From assembly GCF_001194135.2 (NCBI RefSeq), contig NC_068987.1:3819993-3883992 (forward strand): a stretch of 64,000 bases of DNA, given 5' to 3'. Shown piece by piece: positions 38,596 to 51,169 of this stretch. A model generated the notes under the pieces. The model did no database searches. It was not told where the DNA came from and was given only the letters and a program-made list of their open reading frames with translations. Position numbers and translations under genes: made by a program. This stretch comes from Octopus bimaculoides (taxonomy: Eukaryota). Position 1 is the stretch's first letter. The number at the start of each line of letters is the position of its first letter.

Positions 38596-39333
38596 ATGTT
38601 AGGTTATTTCTCTAGAAGGACAATGTCCACAGTTATATCAAAAATAAACTTTCCAAGGCTCCAGTCTCATTCTCGGTGTCCATTTTCCGCTCTTCTCTCT
38701 CAGAATTTCCAACACCATTTTTTTCAATGCCAAACGTTTAGTGGAACACCTTACATCTTGAATAAACTCCTTCACAAGCCACTAAACAGTCAAATGAAAA
38801 AACCATCACCATCACCATCACCTTGTTGTGGTTACAGTAATGAAGCAGGACTTTTAAATCGTAACTTTGAAGTTATCTATCGTTTCCCTTACATCGTACA
38901 CATGCATCTGTTGTCAAGATTTAAAATATACCAAACGGCCTTTTCTGTAGCTGCTGTACCACTATGCTATGCCATGCACAGCAATGGCCAATTATCTCTG
39001 GCACTTTGTCATTATGTTGTTATTTATTCAATAGTGGCCTGTGCAATGTTGTATGCGTTTAGTTTCTATTTGTGGAGACTTGTTGGTATCATTGCATACA
39101 ACAGTGTTGAAGATTTAGTCAAAGTATCACACTTAACGTTCTGGGGAGGTCGTAAGGACATCTTCCTCCATGTGAAAAGCATCATACCCCTTTCTGATAT
39201 GTCTGATAATCCGAATGACATCTTTGTGAAATTCCAGCAGTATGATAATGAAGAAGTACTCTTCCTTGTACTTAAGTTTGGAGGAATTAAGGACATGGAG
39301 AAATTCCAGCTGGTACTAGGAGACATAAAATAG
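38596..39333 (+). CDS. TMEM186: Transmembrane protein 186 (mitochondrial complex I assembly MCIA component), 245 aa
   Basis: Motifs IYRFPYI..LSRFKIYQT, YLWRLVGII, VKVSHLTFWGGRKD, IIPLSD and FLVLKFGGIKDMEKFQLVLG parallel human TMEM186 (LSRLKLAQT, LRRLVGILY, RVAHLNFWGWRQD). N-terminus is basic and Ser-rich like a presequence. AATAAA at 39365 and 39392. Strong splice acceptor at 38519 upstream. Confidence 0.92.
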   Translation: MLGYFSRRTMSTVISKINFPRLQSHSRCPFSALLSQNFQHHFFQCQTFSGTPYILNKLLHKPLNSQMKKPSPSPSPCCGYSNEAGLLNRNFEVIYRFPYIVHMHLLSRFKIYQTAFSVAAVPLCYAMHSNGQLSLALCHYVVIYSIVACAMLYAFSFYLWRLVGIIAYNSVEDLVKVSHLTFWGGRKDIFLHVKSIIPLSDMSDNPNDIFVKFQQYDNEEVLFLVLKFGGIKDMEKFQLVLGDIK

Positions 39334-41474
39334 TGTATATAACTTGGTAGTTAGTAACTGTGTAAATAAAAGAGTATTTAGTGGATATTTGAATAAATTG
39401 TCGCTATCATCTGAATAGCCTTTAAATCATTTTATTTCATTTTATTAGAATTCTGTATATCTTACTTAAGGATATGCTGTAGAAAGCCACAGAACTCTAG
39501 TATTTGTCTAGAGAAAGCTCAAAACAGCATTAAATGAATAGCATCTACCAGCAGCAACAGTAGAATTGCTAAATCAACATTTCTCTGTCATTGCAAGTTA
39601 TCAGTATTAAGTATCTTCTATCAACTGCATGCTTAGATAAATTTTGCTTTTACTGATAAAGAAAAACAGTGGAAACAAATACTGCAGTATTGTGGCTTTC
39701 TAAAGTATATCCACATTGAGTAAGATTTACAGAATGCTGTTCTGAACCAATGTTGCTTTTGTTGCAAATAATGCATTTTTGTTGTAATATTAATGAGAGT
39801 AACAAGGTGGTTAGCTGGCAGACTCGTTAGCTCACTGGGTAAAATGCTTAGTAGTATTTCGTCCGTCGCTACATTCTGAATTCAAATTCCACCGAGGTCA
39901 ACTTTGCCTTTCATCCTTTTGGGGATCGATAAATTAAGTACCAGTTGTGTACTGAGGTTGATCTAATCGACTACCCCCCCCCCACCATCAAATTTCAGGC
40001 CTTGTGCCTAGAGTACAAAGGATTATTAATGGGAGTAACTAGAAACGAGATAAAGATGGAAGTGATGAAGTGTCAGAGTGCTCAGGCACTCCATCACTAC
40101 CATATTTACCCCCTTCCAGGCTACCCCTATCAACCCTTATATAATGCAAGGTAGCCATGTATTTCTTCTCTGGCATGGTACCTGTGCTCATCCCTCTATC
40201 ATACAAATGTATGATAGAGGGATGAGCCTAAAACCACCACCCTATCTAAATACTTCCATCACATAATAATGGGAGCTTTTTCCTTTTCCCATGTTTTTTT
40301 TTTCTAATTTTTTCCCCCGTCTTGCAACATACTTTTGAAAGAATTGCATTTTGGTATTTCTTCTGGCTCTTTGCATTCTGAGACTCCAAGCTCAACTCTG
40401 TCATCTCTCCAGGGTCATTAAAGGCAAAGCACCGGGCTCGATGGTATTGACTACTCTCCCACCCCTCAAAATTTCTGGCATTGTTCCCAGAGACCATTAT
40501 GAAACGGAATAAAGAAATACTTGTCAATCATTCGGGGACAAAATTTGGATTTCTTTCATGCACTTGAGACTTACAAGTAAACGAGTGTAACGGCATTCAT
40601 TGGGCAATTATATTAAAGAAAAGTTGCTTCACCCTTTCTTAGTGGTTTTGTAATGATGTATACAGACGTGAACTCCATTAAAACCTTTTAGATTGAAAGG
40701 GGCGTCTGGTGAGTCACCCAAATCTTTAGATAACATTGAGGAATGCCTTAAATGATTACCATGGAGATTAAAATATGAGTGTTGCTGATTTAGATAACAT
40801 TCACTATCTTACTGACAATCGTCAGGTATGAACGAAATTTATAAAGTTGATAATGATTGTATTGTATTGGATAGCCTCAACGAGACAAGAAAAACTGTTA
40901 TCTTCAGCTTCACTCAACAGCATTGTGTACAAAGAAGTTAAAAGCACAATTTTATTGATATTATTATGTATTTTTTTATTGCTCACAGAGGGGACAAACA
41001 AGGACAGACAAAGGGCTTAAGTCAATTACATCGACCCCAGTGCGTAACTGGTACTTATTTAATCAACCCCAAAAGGATGCAAGGCTAAGTCAGCCTCGGC
41101 AGAAATTGAACTCAGAACGTAAAGATGGACTGAATACCATTAAGCATTTCGCCCCGGTGTGCTAACGACTCTGCCAGCTCGCCCCCTTATTGATGTTATT
41201 ATAATTAACACCATCAGCTGTGAGAAGAATAAGGATTTTTATTCAAGCCACAAGGGCTAAACAGAGGGGACGATACAAAATGAACATGGGGTTGGGAAGC
41301 AAAATAAGTGCAAACAATTAGATTGATTTCATTTCAATAATTATTCACACGTTCTTTTTTTTTTTTTTGTATTTCGGGAGGGTCATTATGCTNNNNNNNN
41401 NNNNNNNNNNNNNNNNNNNNNNNNNNNNNNNNNNNNNNNNNNNNNNNNNNNNNNNNNNNNNNNNNNNNNNNNNG

Positions 41475-41780
41475 TGCCAGTGGCACGAGAAAAGACGTTT
41501 GAGCAAGGTCGTTGCCAGTGCCGCTGGACTGGCTCCTGTGCAGGTGGCACATAAAATACACCATTTTGAGCATGGCCATTGCCAGTGCCGCCTGGCTGGC
41601 CTTTGTGCCTGTGGCACGTAAAAGCTCGCACTACACTCTCTGAGTGGTTGGTGTTAGGAAGGGCATCCAGCTGTAGAAACTCTGCCAAATCAGATTGGAG
41701 CCTGGTGTAGCTATCTGGTTCGCCAGTTCTCAGTCAAATCGTCCAACCCATGCTAGCATGGAAAGCGGACGTTAAGACGA
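41475..41780 (+). mobile_element. SINE family 5 with RTE-like 3' tail (catgctagcatggaaagcggacgttaa..(gat)n)
   Basis: Internal ~25-bp tandem units (tgccaccggcac..aaaagc). Other copies at 26275-26610, 27200-27640, 53460-53590, 56340-56870, 58640-58835, 59140-59490 and 60780-61027. Confidence 0.85.
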
Positions 41781-41984
41781 AAAAACGAACGAACCAACAC
41801 GAGTTCACATTAAGAAACCTGAAAACGAAATACAAAAATTATTTTTGTATGTGTATAATTATTTAATGTCTTATGTTATATTTTACTAACGTAGAAATTA
41901 AGATAAACACCAGTTGAAACATTTCGTTCCTACGTTTTGATAATCGTAATGGAACTCTTCCTTACAGACTTGTCCATCTAACTG

Positions 41985-42720
41985 TACACACAAGTTATAT
42001 TTAATTTATTTGATCTGTCCACGTTTCTACCCTCAGAACTTCCAGGAAATGGATATTTTTAAATGAAATTTACTATAACAACACTTCAGATGGGGTAGAT
42101 TCTGATTATATCGGAATATGTGGCGAAAATTTTTTTTCCTCCGAGGGTGAGGAAGTTCGGAAAATTCACACGAGACAGCATTCTTTACTTATAACTTCCA
42201 GAAAAACGAGCTTTTTGTATTTTTTTTATATGAAATTTCCAATAATTACCATTCAGAAAGTGTTCATTAAGATTATATGGGAATTTAATATGAATGAAAA
42301 AAAAATTTGGTGAACTCGTACACATACATACCAACACACGTCACATATATCTACAAAATAAAATTTCGAAAGATATTGTGAAGTATGTCAGTATGCGTAC
42401 GCTCACTAAATTCCGATATAATCGTAATTTATGCACTCTAAAAAGTATTTGTAGATAAAATTATTTTTAAAAATACCAATTTTTCCGAAAGTTATGAAGA
42501 AACAAAGCCAACTCGCACGAATTTTCCTGAACTTCTCTTCCCACCCACAAAAAAAAAAAAAAAAGAAATTTCACAAATTCCGATATAACAGGAATGAACT
42601 TTTCTGAAGCGTATTTCTAGAAAATTTCATTAGAATAAATAATATCCATTTTTCTGGAAGTTGTGAGGAAACAAAATTGGTGGAGCACATTTGTGTAGGA
42701 ATGCCATAATTAAACATTGT
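41985..42720. repeat. Decayed foldback element with internally repeated inverted arms
   Basis: Motifs aacttccagaaaaa, aatggatatt, aatgaaattt and attatatcggaat occur forward at about 42030-42290 and reverse-complemented at about 42400-42670. Confidence 0.7.
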
Positions 42721-45300
42721 AATTATTTTTGCTATCAGTAAATTGTTAACAGAAAGTAAGACAGGATAACCTTGAATTTTTCAAGGGGGCGTGAACCTGA
42801 ATTTCTGAAAAAAATCATCTGACCAACATTGCTGGTTCACTCTCCAACGAATTCCAAGTAAAATTAAAGATTGTTACACGTTTACAGATGTAAATGGATT
42901 TCCGTTGATTTCGACGATAAGTATTATTCGATCAGCAAAACTCCCCTTCTCACTAAATTGGCGTCTAAGTGACTGAATATTCCGCAGACAGGTACCATTA
43001 ACGTAATTCTCAGGCGGAATCAGTGCAGCAAGGGTGGATTTAAGTTTCGTCCGACAAGCATCCATACTTTCCGTCGACCTAATTTCACAAGGTTTAGGTC
43101 AGCTCAAAGATTATAGTAAAAATAAAAATAAAATTTGCCAATGATACTTTGCTGCCGGATCGAACCAGAGATCTCATTACAGTAATATTATAATAGATAA
43201 GGGGAAACCGTAAAATTACGATAAATGTAAATACTTTATTACGCAGTATGTTTGGAGTTCTGAATGGCAAAAAAAACTTTTAATTATGGCAAAAGTGGGT
43301 ATATCCTTATCAAATGTCATAATTGGATAATTTTTCCTGCATTTTTATTTTCACAAAACTAGTATTACGTTCTCTTTACGCAAAAGGCGTTTTCCAAAGT
43401 CTCTGCTGAATTCTTCAACTTTACCCNNNNNNNNNNNNNNNNNNNNNNNNNNNNNNNNNNNNNNNNNNNNNNNNNNNNNNNNNNNNNNNNNNNNNNNNNN
43501 NNNNNNNNNNNNNNNNNNNNNNNNNNNNNNNNNNNNNNNNNNNNNNNNNNNNNNNNNNNNNNNNNNNNNNNNNNNNNNNNNNNNNNNNNNNNNNNNNNNN
43601 NNNNNNNNNNNNNNNNNNNNNNNNNNNNNNNNNNNNNNNNNNNNNNNNNNNNNNNNNNNNNNNNNNNNNNNNNNNNNNNNNNNNNNNNNNNNNNNNNNNN
43701 NNNNNNNNNNNNNNNNNNNNNNNNNNNNNNNNNNNNNNNNNNNNNNNNTGTTTTTTTAATGAAATCGCAAATCTGAAAGGTACTCATCTATTTAGAGGCG
43801 GACAAGCTGCCGGTCATACTGCGAGGTTCTGTAGAAATGTTTTAAAATAGGGTGAGTCTTATTTAATAACATTAAAACAGTTTGAAATTGCCCGACACCA
43901 GGGTGAAGAAAGACTGATGTAAATACAAGGTCATCGACAGATAGAAAGGTAAAGAATTAAAATTCTGGAAGGGGTCTGTCAATGTCAGACGCTCTGTTGG
44001 GGGGGGGGGAGAAGAATCAGAGATGGAAGCAAGCAATAAGGACTGTATTAAAATTAAAAGGCTTGTTGGCCAAGAATGAAGGCGACCTGGAAAGAAAAAA
44101 AATGGATCAAGTACATCATGAACATAAATGCATGTCACGTGAATGCATAATGTTTGGATCAATTTCTGTTAGCCAGGAACTGAATAAATATTTGAACTAT
44201 TGAGAAAACAGTTCCCCCACCCCCGTCTAATATTTTTTAGTAAGTAATTAAACGTCTAGGTTGTTATGTACATCAATAACACGGTTGAGGAGAACTTTCT
44301 GAATTAAAGTTTGTAACTGTCGGGGTAAAATGGCTTAATCACGATTACCTCCCCTACTGCAGGTCCAGGTTTTTTTCTGTTTTTTTTTTTATATAACTGC
44401 AAAATACCACCCCTCAATAGAATATTAAATGTTTTTGGTGTCCCTCANNNNNNNNNNGTTTGCACGCTTATAATTTTGTGGACATTTAAAAAAAAAAAAA
44501 TGTTAATTTTATTAGAACAATTTATCTGCTCCCTTTTCAAATCCTCAGAAATCTTTTCCCCATAGAAACCACCTGTTCTAATACTGAAGTAAACTTACCC
44601 CACGAAAGAAGTGTTCAATTTCGTGCTGGTCACCGGGAAAAAAGGCATGGTCAATCAGATATTTCTGTAATTCACACAAAATGTTATTCTAAGTTGAAAC
44701 TAGTATTTGGTAGAGGAAATAACAAACACCCTAAACACCGGGTGTGCGTATTCTTTACTTTCGCACAGAAAGAAAAAAAAGTAGGGGAATAGTGAAACTA
44801 GATTACTTAATTATTAAAAGAGGATTTCCGTTAAACCTTGTCACGTGAGACCAGTTGCTGTGATAACGAAGAAAAAAAATTCCCCACAAATGGTTTCAAT
44901 ACAGTTTTAAGATTTGGAAGAATTAGAAAGTTCTCCATTAATTTTCTTTAATGCAAATGTTAATTTAAAATTTGCCAGCAAAATCTTATAAAATGACAAT
45001 GCTTTTGTATAATAAAGTGTTTAAACATACAAAATTTTCCCCAACATGCAAACTATTCGAAAGTATCTGCAAGTCAATATATATAACGGGCATTTTTAAA
45101 ATGGAATGAAACGGAAGGGAAGCCGACAATATTACGTTCAAGTGGAATTCAATAAGAAAGCGCACATATTGAAAGGCTTTTAAAAAATGAAATTGGATCG
45201 TCTTGGATATCTGGGAGGGGAGGAATACCTTTTGGCGATCCTTCGATATAACTAAAGATTGCCTACCTTTTATCCTAAAGGGTGAACTGGTGTTCAGAAC

Positions 45301-45388
45301 AATTGCAACCTACAGTTCTATATTTAAGAGATGGAGAATTATGTACATTTTGACAAATATCCGTCAAATGTAAATAAATTGCAACCTA
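45301..45388. mobile_element. 64-bp foldback-type remnant of the 20.8-21.2 kb element family, flanked by a 12-bp TSD
   Basis: AATTGCAACCTA at 45301-45312 and 45377-45388. The insert is the reverse complement of the tail end (cagttctatatttaagagat..aattatgtacatt) joined to a forward piece (gacaaatatccgtcaaatgtaaata), both seen at 21096-21171. Confidence 0.85.
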
Positions 45389-45882
45389 ATATCGATATTA
45401 ATTTATTTCGCTATAAGATCACACATGTATGTGGTGAGTGAGAGGAGATCGAAGAATATTCTGCATTTTAGTACGAAATAAAATTAAACGCAAACATATG
45501 TATCTATTTACGTAAAACCAAAAAAATGCAAGCAAGCAAAAATATCAACATACATACATTCAGAAAACCGAAACCAACAACAAAAAAAAGGTTCAAAGTC
45601 CCCAATAAAGCAAATAAAACATTATCTAAGTAACAGCGTTTTTTATTTTTTTTTTTAATTGGTCTGTAATATACATTTTTAGAGTAATACGATAGAAAAA
45701 TATTTTTTTTCCTTTCAAAACAAAATGTTTAGAAAATAAAATTGTAAAGATAAATTTTCAAGTTTCATAATTCAGGCAAAACGAGGAAAATAAACCACTT
45801 GCAGGATTGTCCGGACTCAGTTGAATTATTGGAAGATAACCTGTGACTTGTAAAAGGTGGCCTCATTTGATAACCGAATTGT

Positions 45883-46692
45883 TTAGATATCTTCAACTAA
45901 TTTATTGTGGACTTGCATGAGACCTTTGAAATATTTCACAGTTTTCACTTTCAACTCCAAGGTGGCATCTTCGTCACAAACGAAAGTCGTGCTGGGATGT
46001 TGTTGAAAAGCAGACACGGTCCACATGTGGTTGATACCTTCTTCCACGGATTTGTGCAGGGCGAGGGCTTTGTGTGCACCTGTAATCAATATCATGACAT
46101 CCTTGGCGTCCATCACAGTGCCCACTCCAACAGTTAATGCCATGTTTGGCACTTTATCGATATCTCCACCGAAGAACCTAGCATTAGCTAATATCGTTTC
46201 CTGCGCGAGGGTTTTCACCCTTGTGCGAGAAACCAAACTGGAACCAGGTTCATTGAAGGCTATGTGACCATCAGGACCGATTCCACCAACGAAAAGTTGA
46301 ATGCCACCAGCTTCTGCTATCTTTTTTTCGAACTCGCGGCATTCTTTGACTAAGTCAGAAGCATTGCCATCCAGGATGTGCACATTGCTCGGGTCTATAT
46401 CAATATGTTTAAAGAAATTGTTCCACATAAACGAATGATAGCTCTCTGGGTGGTCGCGGGGAAGGTTAACATATTCGTCCATATTAAAGGTCTTCACATA
46501 CTTGAAAGAAAGGCCATCATTTTTGTGGAATTCAATTAATCGTTTGTAAGTTCCGAGGGGTGTGCTACCAGTTGGCAGACCAAGGGTGAAATATCGCTCA
46601 GCACTTGGTTTAAATTCCAGAATTTTCCTCCTGATATATTTTGCAGCCCAATCGCTGACATCATTGCTTGTATCCAAGATAACGAGACGCAT
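45883..46692 (-). CDS. GNPDA: Glucosamine-6-phosphate deaminase/isomerase (oscillin), 269 aa, single uninterrupted ORF
   Basis: Full-length metazoan-type protein MRLVIL...[12 protein letters not shown]...TFNMDEY...[18 protein letters not shown]...[13 protein letters not shown]...[19 protein letters not shown]. Catalytic Asp (MDEY) and His/Glu (GHIAFNE) are intact. Good start context gcaccATG. Confidence 0.98.
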   Translation of the reverse strand: MRLVILDTSNDVSDWAAKYIRRKILEFKPSAERYFTLGLPTGSTPLGTYKRLIEFHKNDGLSFKYVKTFNMDEYVNLPRDHPESYHSFMWNNFFKHIDIDPSNVHILDGNASDLVKECREFEKKIAEAGGIQLFVGGIGPDGHIAFNEPGSSLVSRTRVKTLAQETILANARFFGGDIDKVPNMALTVGVGTVMDAKDVMILITGAHKALALHKSVEEGINHMWTVSAFQQHPSTTFVCDEDATLELKVKTVKYFKGLMQVHNKLVEDI

Positions 46693-47168
46693 GGTGCTTT
46701 CTTCACAGCTGAGTCAGTCAACGAAAACCGGAGACGAATGAATGAAGTCCAACGAAACAAGACTGAGAATTACTTCCCTTCGCATTCCACTCTTTATATT
46801 GCTATACGGTGTTCATCTTAGAAAATAACCCGTCATTTATAATTCCATTTGTGTTTCTACTTTCAATATTTTACATAACATTTGTCTATTAAAATTAGTT
46901 GTATTAATAAAATATATAAAATTGACAAATTCTGAATAATCTCAGGTAGAAATGAATAAAATTTTAATGCAAAAACACAATAAAGTATGAAATATTATGT
47001 AAGTTATGAGAAAACTTTTCCTATTGGTTTATTTTTCAAAGAGGAACAAATCAAAACGAAGCTAAGTAAAGTATGTTCGGTGTCGGTCTACACCGTTTCC
47101 GTTTGTCCCTCTCACGACGGCAACAAGTCGAGCTTTGATAGGAAAGAACAACATCAACACCATTAAAC
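46693..47168. promoter_or_regulatory. Putative bidirectional promoter between GNPDA and MTPN
   Basis: 476 bp of repeat-free sequence between two divergent ATGs, with CpG-retaining stretches near each ATG and an AT-rich centre. Confidence 0.7.
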
Positions 47169-47237
47169 ATGACTGATCTTGCTTGGAGTGTCAAAAACGG
47201 AGATTTAAATGGGGTGCAAGAAATTATGGAAAAACAG
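47169..47237 (+). CDS. MTPN: Myotrophin (V-1, ankyrin-repeat capping-protein inhibitor), coding exon 1 only
   Basis: MTDLAWSVKNGDLNGVQEIMEKQ followed by CAG|GTTTGT donor, phase 0. Matches the myotrophin N-terminus (human [24 protein letters not shown]). Exon 2 not found in the readable sequence. Confidence 0.85.
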
Positions 47238-48239
47238 GTTTGTTGTTGTTGATCAACTGCACATTTATCTCAAATACCCGGTTTGATAGGATGACTAACA
47301 ATCCACCCTTATGTTTCACCCAACCAATTGCTTCTCTCTTTCACTCGCACCATTCTGTTTGTTAGTCATTACACGAGAATATTCCACCCCTTAATATGTC
47401 TCCACAAACATTCATTACTCTTTCTTTCTCTCTCTCGTGTAATTTATTTCTCTATAATCAATCCGTCCTCTTTCCACCCGACTCTGTACCCTACGTTATC
47501 AAACGATGTGATGTTCATGCCTTTACCTCTCAAAACCAACGCGCACCTCGGTTCTTAATTGAAACGAATTTTGGCGATTATTTTCTATGTTTTTAAGAAC
47601 GGCATAAACATCACCTTCCATCATTTTACGGGACTTTGAAATATAACTTGAATAGAACAAATTAATTAGTAATTAACCATCGAATGATAATTTCCATTTG
47701 TGTGCGAGAGAAATTTATACATTATTAATCTTAATTATTAGTGACAAGCTTATAACAGATTTAATGAGCTGGGTATTGGGGTGGACGTACCGTTTAGTGT
47801 TTTTCTTTCTGACATCCAGGCATTTCCAGTATTTTATACATCCACACTATCTTCACTGACTTCGTAGATAGATATCTGAGTAAGAGGTTTAGCAGCGATT
47901 TCTAGCGGAGCTAATGATAGCAAAGAAGCTTCATTGTGATGTAAAAATAATAGGAAATATTCAGTTGATATTTTTTATGGGTTCAAATACGAGAACAAGT
48001 AATTTATTTCTATCTTTTATATTAACGTAAACTAGGACCCTCAATATGGAGTTTTCCTGTTTCACAAATTAACAATAATAATGTTCTAGCATTATTTTAA
48101 GCAAAACAATATTGTCATATGACTATTGTTATAACAATAATAATTTCAGACAAATTAAAGGAAATTTTCAACAATTATCATTTATAACAAATCTATGAAA
48201 TATGTAATTATTGTGCAACATAACACAAATAACCTTGTT

Positions 48240-49150
48240 AAAATGCTCGACCACCTCTATTCTCATGTGTCATTTCACCATCTCTCATTTTTTTTTTCAA
48301 ACAACTTGAAAAGTTCTTTAGTTGTACCATTCACCTACTTCAATCTTTCTTTGGCATTAAACCAAAATGACTCTACCTTGTGTCTGGCAGTTAGAAGGAT
48401 TGGCCAAATCCTAACTGTGCTTCTCTATAATAGTTGTCAAATAATGATTCTAATCCATCATATTGAACAACAAATGTAAGAATATATTTTATTTCATATA
48501 AAATCTGCCTGTCTGTCTATTTTATCCGATGCTTGTTTGAGGAAACTTTTTTCTTTTTTTGCGTTTCCTCAAACTACACCTTCAGTGGCTTTTTTCTCCA
48601 TCGGCTTCTTGTATATTTTCTACAGAAATATTTTTGTTTCGTCTAATTCCACCAGAAAGATGTTCATATCTATCTGGATTAATTCCATTGATAACTATCA
48701 GATGACTCTCAAATCAATGACAAACATATTCTTCAAGAACGTACACCAGTTTGTAACTGTTCTGGTTTTGTTCAATTTTCATTCTCTGATATTTTTCACA
48801 GAATCTCTGATATTTTTCACAGTATTGAAAAAGGTATATCCCAATTAAACAACTGCTTTAATAAATGACTTTTAAGTAAAAGAAAAAAATCATTTATAAA
48901 ACCGTTTTATGATATGGACAATTGCGAACAACATTCACCCACATTTTAAATGTCTTTTGTCAACTTGCTATTAGTTTGACAAAGCTGAGAAACAACTTTC
49001 ATTTTTAATGGCCACTATTCTGACAAATTTACACCAATTTGGGCAAAATATTTGGTTTCTTCACAAACACAAATTGGGCGGATGTGATGATTCACCTTTC
49101 AATATGTCGTACGTTGTGTAAATAAACTACATTCTTATACAAAATTACCT
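48240..49150 (-). mobile_element. Fossil Merlin/IS1595-like DDE transposase in MTPN intron 1
   Basis: Degenerate motifs in the correct order: Cys-rich N-terminus (FCPNWCK...NCPYHK), VELDETKIF, YDGLESLFDNYYR, VESFWFNAKERLK*VNGTTKELF. Stops and frameshifts are present. Confidence 0.6.
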
Positions 49151-51169
49151 TTAGAGACTGACGGACTATTATTTAGGATTGTGTAAAAAGATGAGTTCAT
49201 TTACAGGGGCAAATCACTATTTTAGGTCGGAATGTAAAAAGTAAACAAACAGAACATTGATAAGTAGAGGTCTTTAATAAGAAATGAAAGTTAAAAATTG
49301 GTCCAATTGAAAAGAGAAGGCTGGTGAAATTAAGTAATCGCCAAAAGTTGACCGGTAAAAATGGAGAGTCTTCAGATCAAGTGGAAATAGTAATGTTACA
49401 CAGCAGCATCGCACCATTTCTATTCTCATATCTTAAACCTTTACCTGTCCAAATAATTTTCATAAGTTTCTCCTAAACGTCCATGTTCGTTTTCGGACTT
49501 TTAATTAACCTTTATTTCGTCTGTTCTGTATTATAATAAAGCCTTCGCTTTCGGCGGCAACTACCAATATCTCCCAACTAAAGTTTGTAAAGCTGGTACG
49601 GAATGATCGCTCTTACATGTACTTAACCCAATGGGTGCCTCATTCTCTTTAAATTCTTTAAAATTTATTTAGCATTTAGAATGGTATTCAACTGATTATT
49701 TCTATTTCGTTACTTCCGAGTCACTTCTAACTTCGAAGTGGAGACATATTTAATGCAAATAGGATAAAGTTGATAGCAATTTAATGACGCAGGTGAGAAA
49801 GATCAGCAGAATACAGTTTATTGAGGCTGTGCATGGAATTACCGAAATGGTTGTCTTTAAGAAGAAGCAACTGCCTGACGTCGTTGCTTCCGCAGAGAGT
49901 CTTGTATATTTCAAGGAAGTAATTATGTTTTTATTAAAACGTTAGTCATCAAATTAAAGACTTTTATAAACAAAACTTATTAACCATCCTTGTGTTTATG
50001 GCTCTGCTTTCACTTTCGTCAATCAATCAGTAACTAGTATTGATTATTGATTTCGTTTATTTCTATTTGATTTACGAACTTTCTAAAAATAATTACCACG
50101 ATGTTTTTTGGAGTTCGGATGGAAGTAAGAATTTATTTTAGATTAACGAAATATAATTGAAATAATATCAATTAGTGTTACATGCTCGGACTTTTTATCA
50201 TTTGTAACGATTGTTCAGGGGACAATGTCAAACATGGTCGAGTAGATTTATGATCAAAGAAAGGTATTTTGTCTGTGACCCTCTAGTTTGTTTCTTTTTA
50301 TCAGGGCCACATTATGAAATGTGTTTAATCTATTAAAATCGGTTGCATGTAATTTGAAGATTTTTACTGCTATTTCTAGCACACCAACCATCAATAGTCA
50401 CCCTCGTTTATGTCACCGGTTTTTCTTGCACCTCTATAACCAGCTTGCTTTTCGTAACTTTAAATATCTTAAACTTGGCTAGTTTTTCGTGTGTTTCACG
50501 AGTATTCGAAAGTTAATGTCACATATTCTTTTTTTTTTTTTGTATGGATAATCCTACTTCACATTTAGTGAGAAAAAAAAATGTGACCTTATAAAAAACA
50601 GAGACAAAAAGACAATACATATTTTGTTTTTTTCTCTCTACCATCATATAATGCTTTTTAATTCTGCCACACAGCAGTCTATTTATTTAAAAGTCGAGGA
50701 AGCTGAAGAGATAATTATAAGTACTACGATATACTTAGTCGGCCCACATCGTTTTTTGGACACTCCACCTACTTCATAATTAACAGCATTGATGACTAGA
50801 GCTAAGTGTGTTTCTTGGTGGTTATTTCAAATAACAATCAAATCTCTGTCAAATCACATCTTCCTCCTCTTGACTTTAAAAGCAATGTGTTTGTCCGTAT
50901 TAATGTAGTCCTCGATACATGTATCGAAAATAAAGACTGGTTGATCACAATTAGAATGCCTTTGATAATGATTTGACTCAGGGCTAAACTGTTACAACTA
51001 CATCAAAATTTATGTCACGATTGTAAAACTGTTAAGTATGGGAAAACATTTTATGTTGGAAGAAAAATAACAGCTGCCAAAGTGAAAGCTTTGTGCTTTT
51101 ATTAAATTATTAGTTTTCGTTTCTATCGTGCACATGATACAAATTAGTTTTATATATGTCTTGTTTAAA

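Noticed and set aside
39066-39326. 86-aa antisense ORF over TMEM186
   Set aside because: Shadow ORF.
45883-46692. GNPDA as a bacterial nagB horizontal transfer or contamination
   Set aside because: N- and C-terminal motifs are metazoan-type, and the gene is embedded in host repeats next to MTPN exon 1.
45907-46760. Antisense and overlapping ORFs on GNPDA (76, 80, 74 aa)
   Set aside because: Shadow ORFs with no recognisable motifs.
47760-47940. Intronic snoRNA in MTPN intron 1
   Set aside because: No convincing C/D box pair with terminal stem and no H/ACA fold; overlaps repeat-like sequence.
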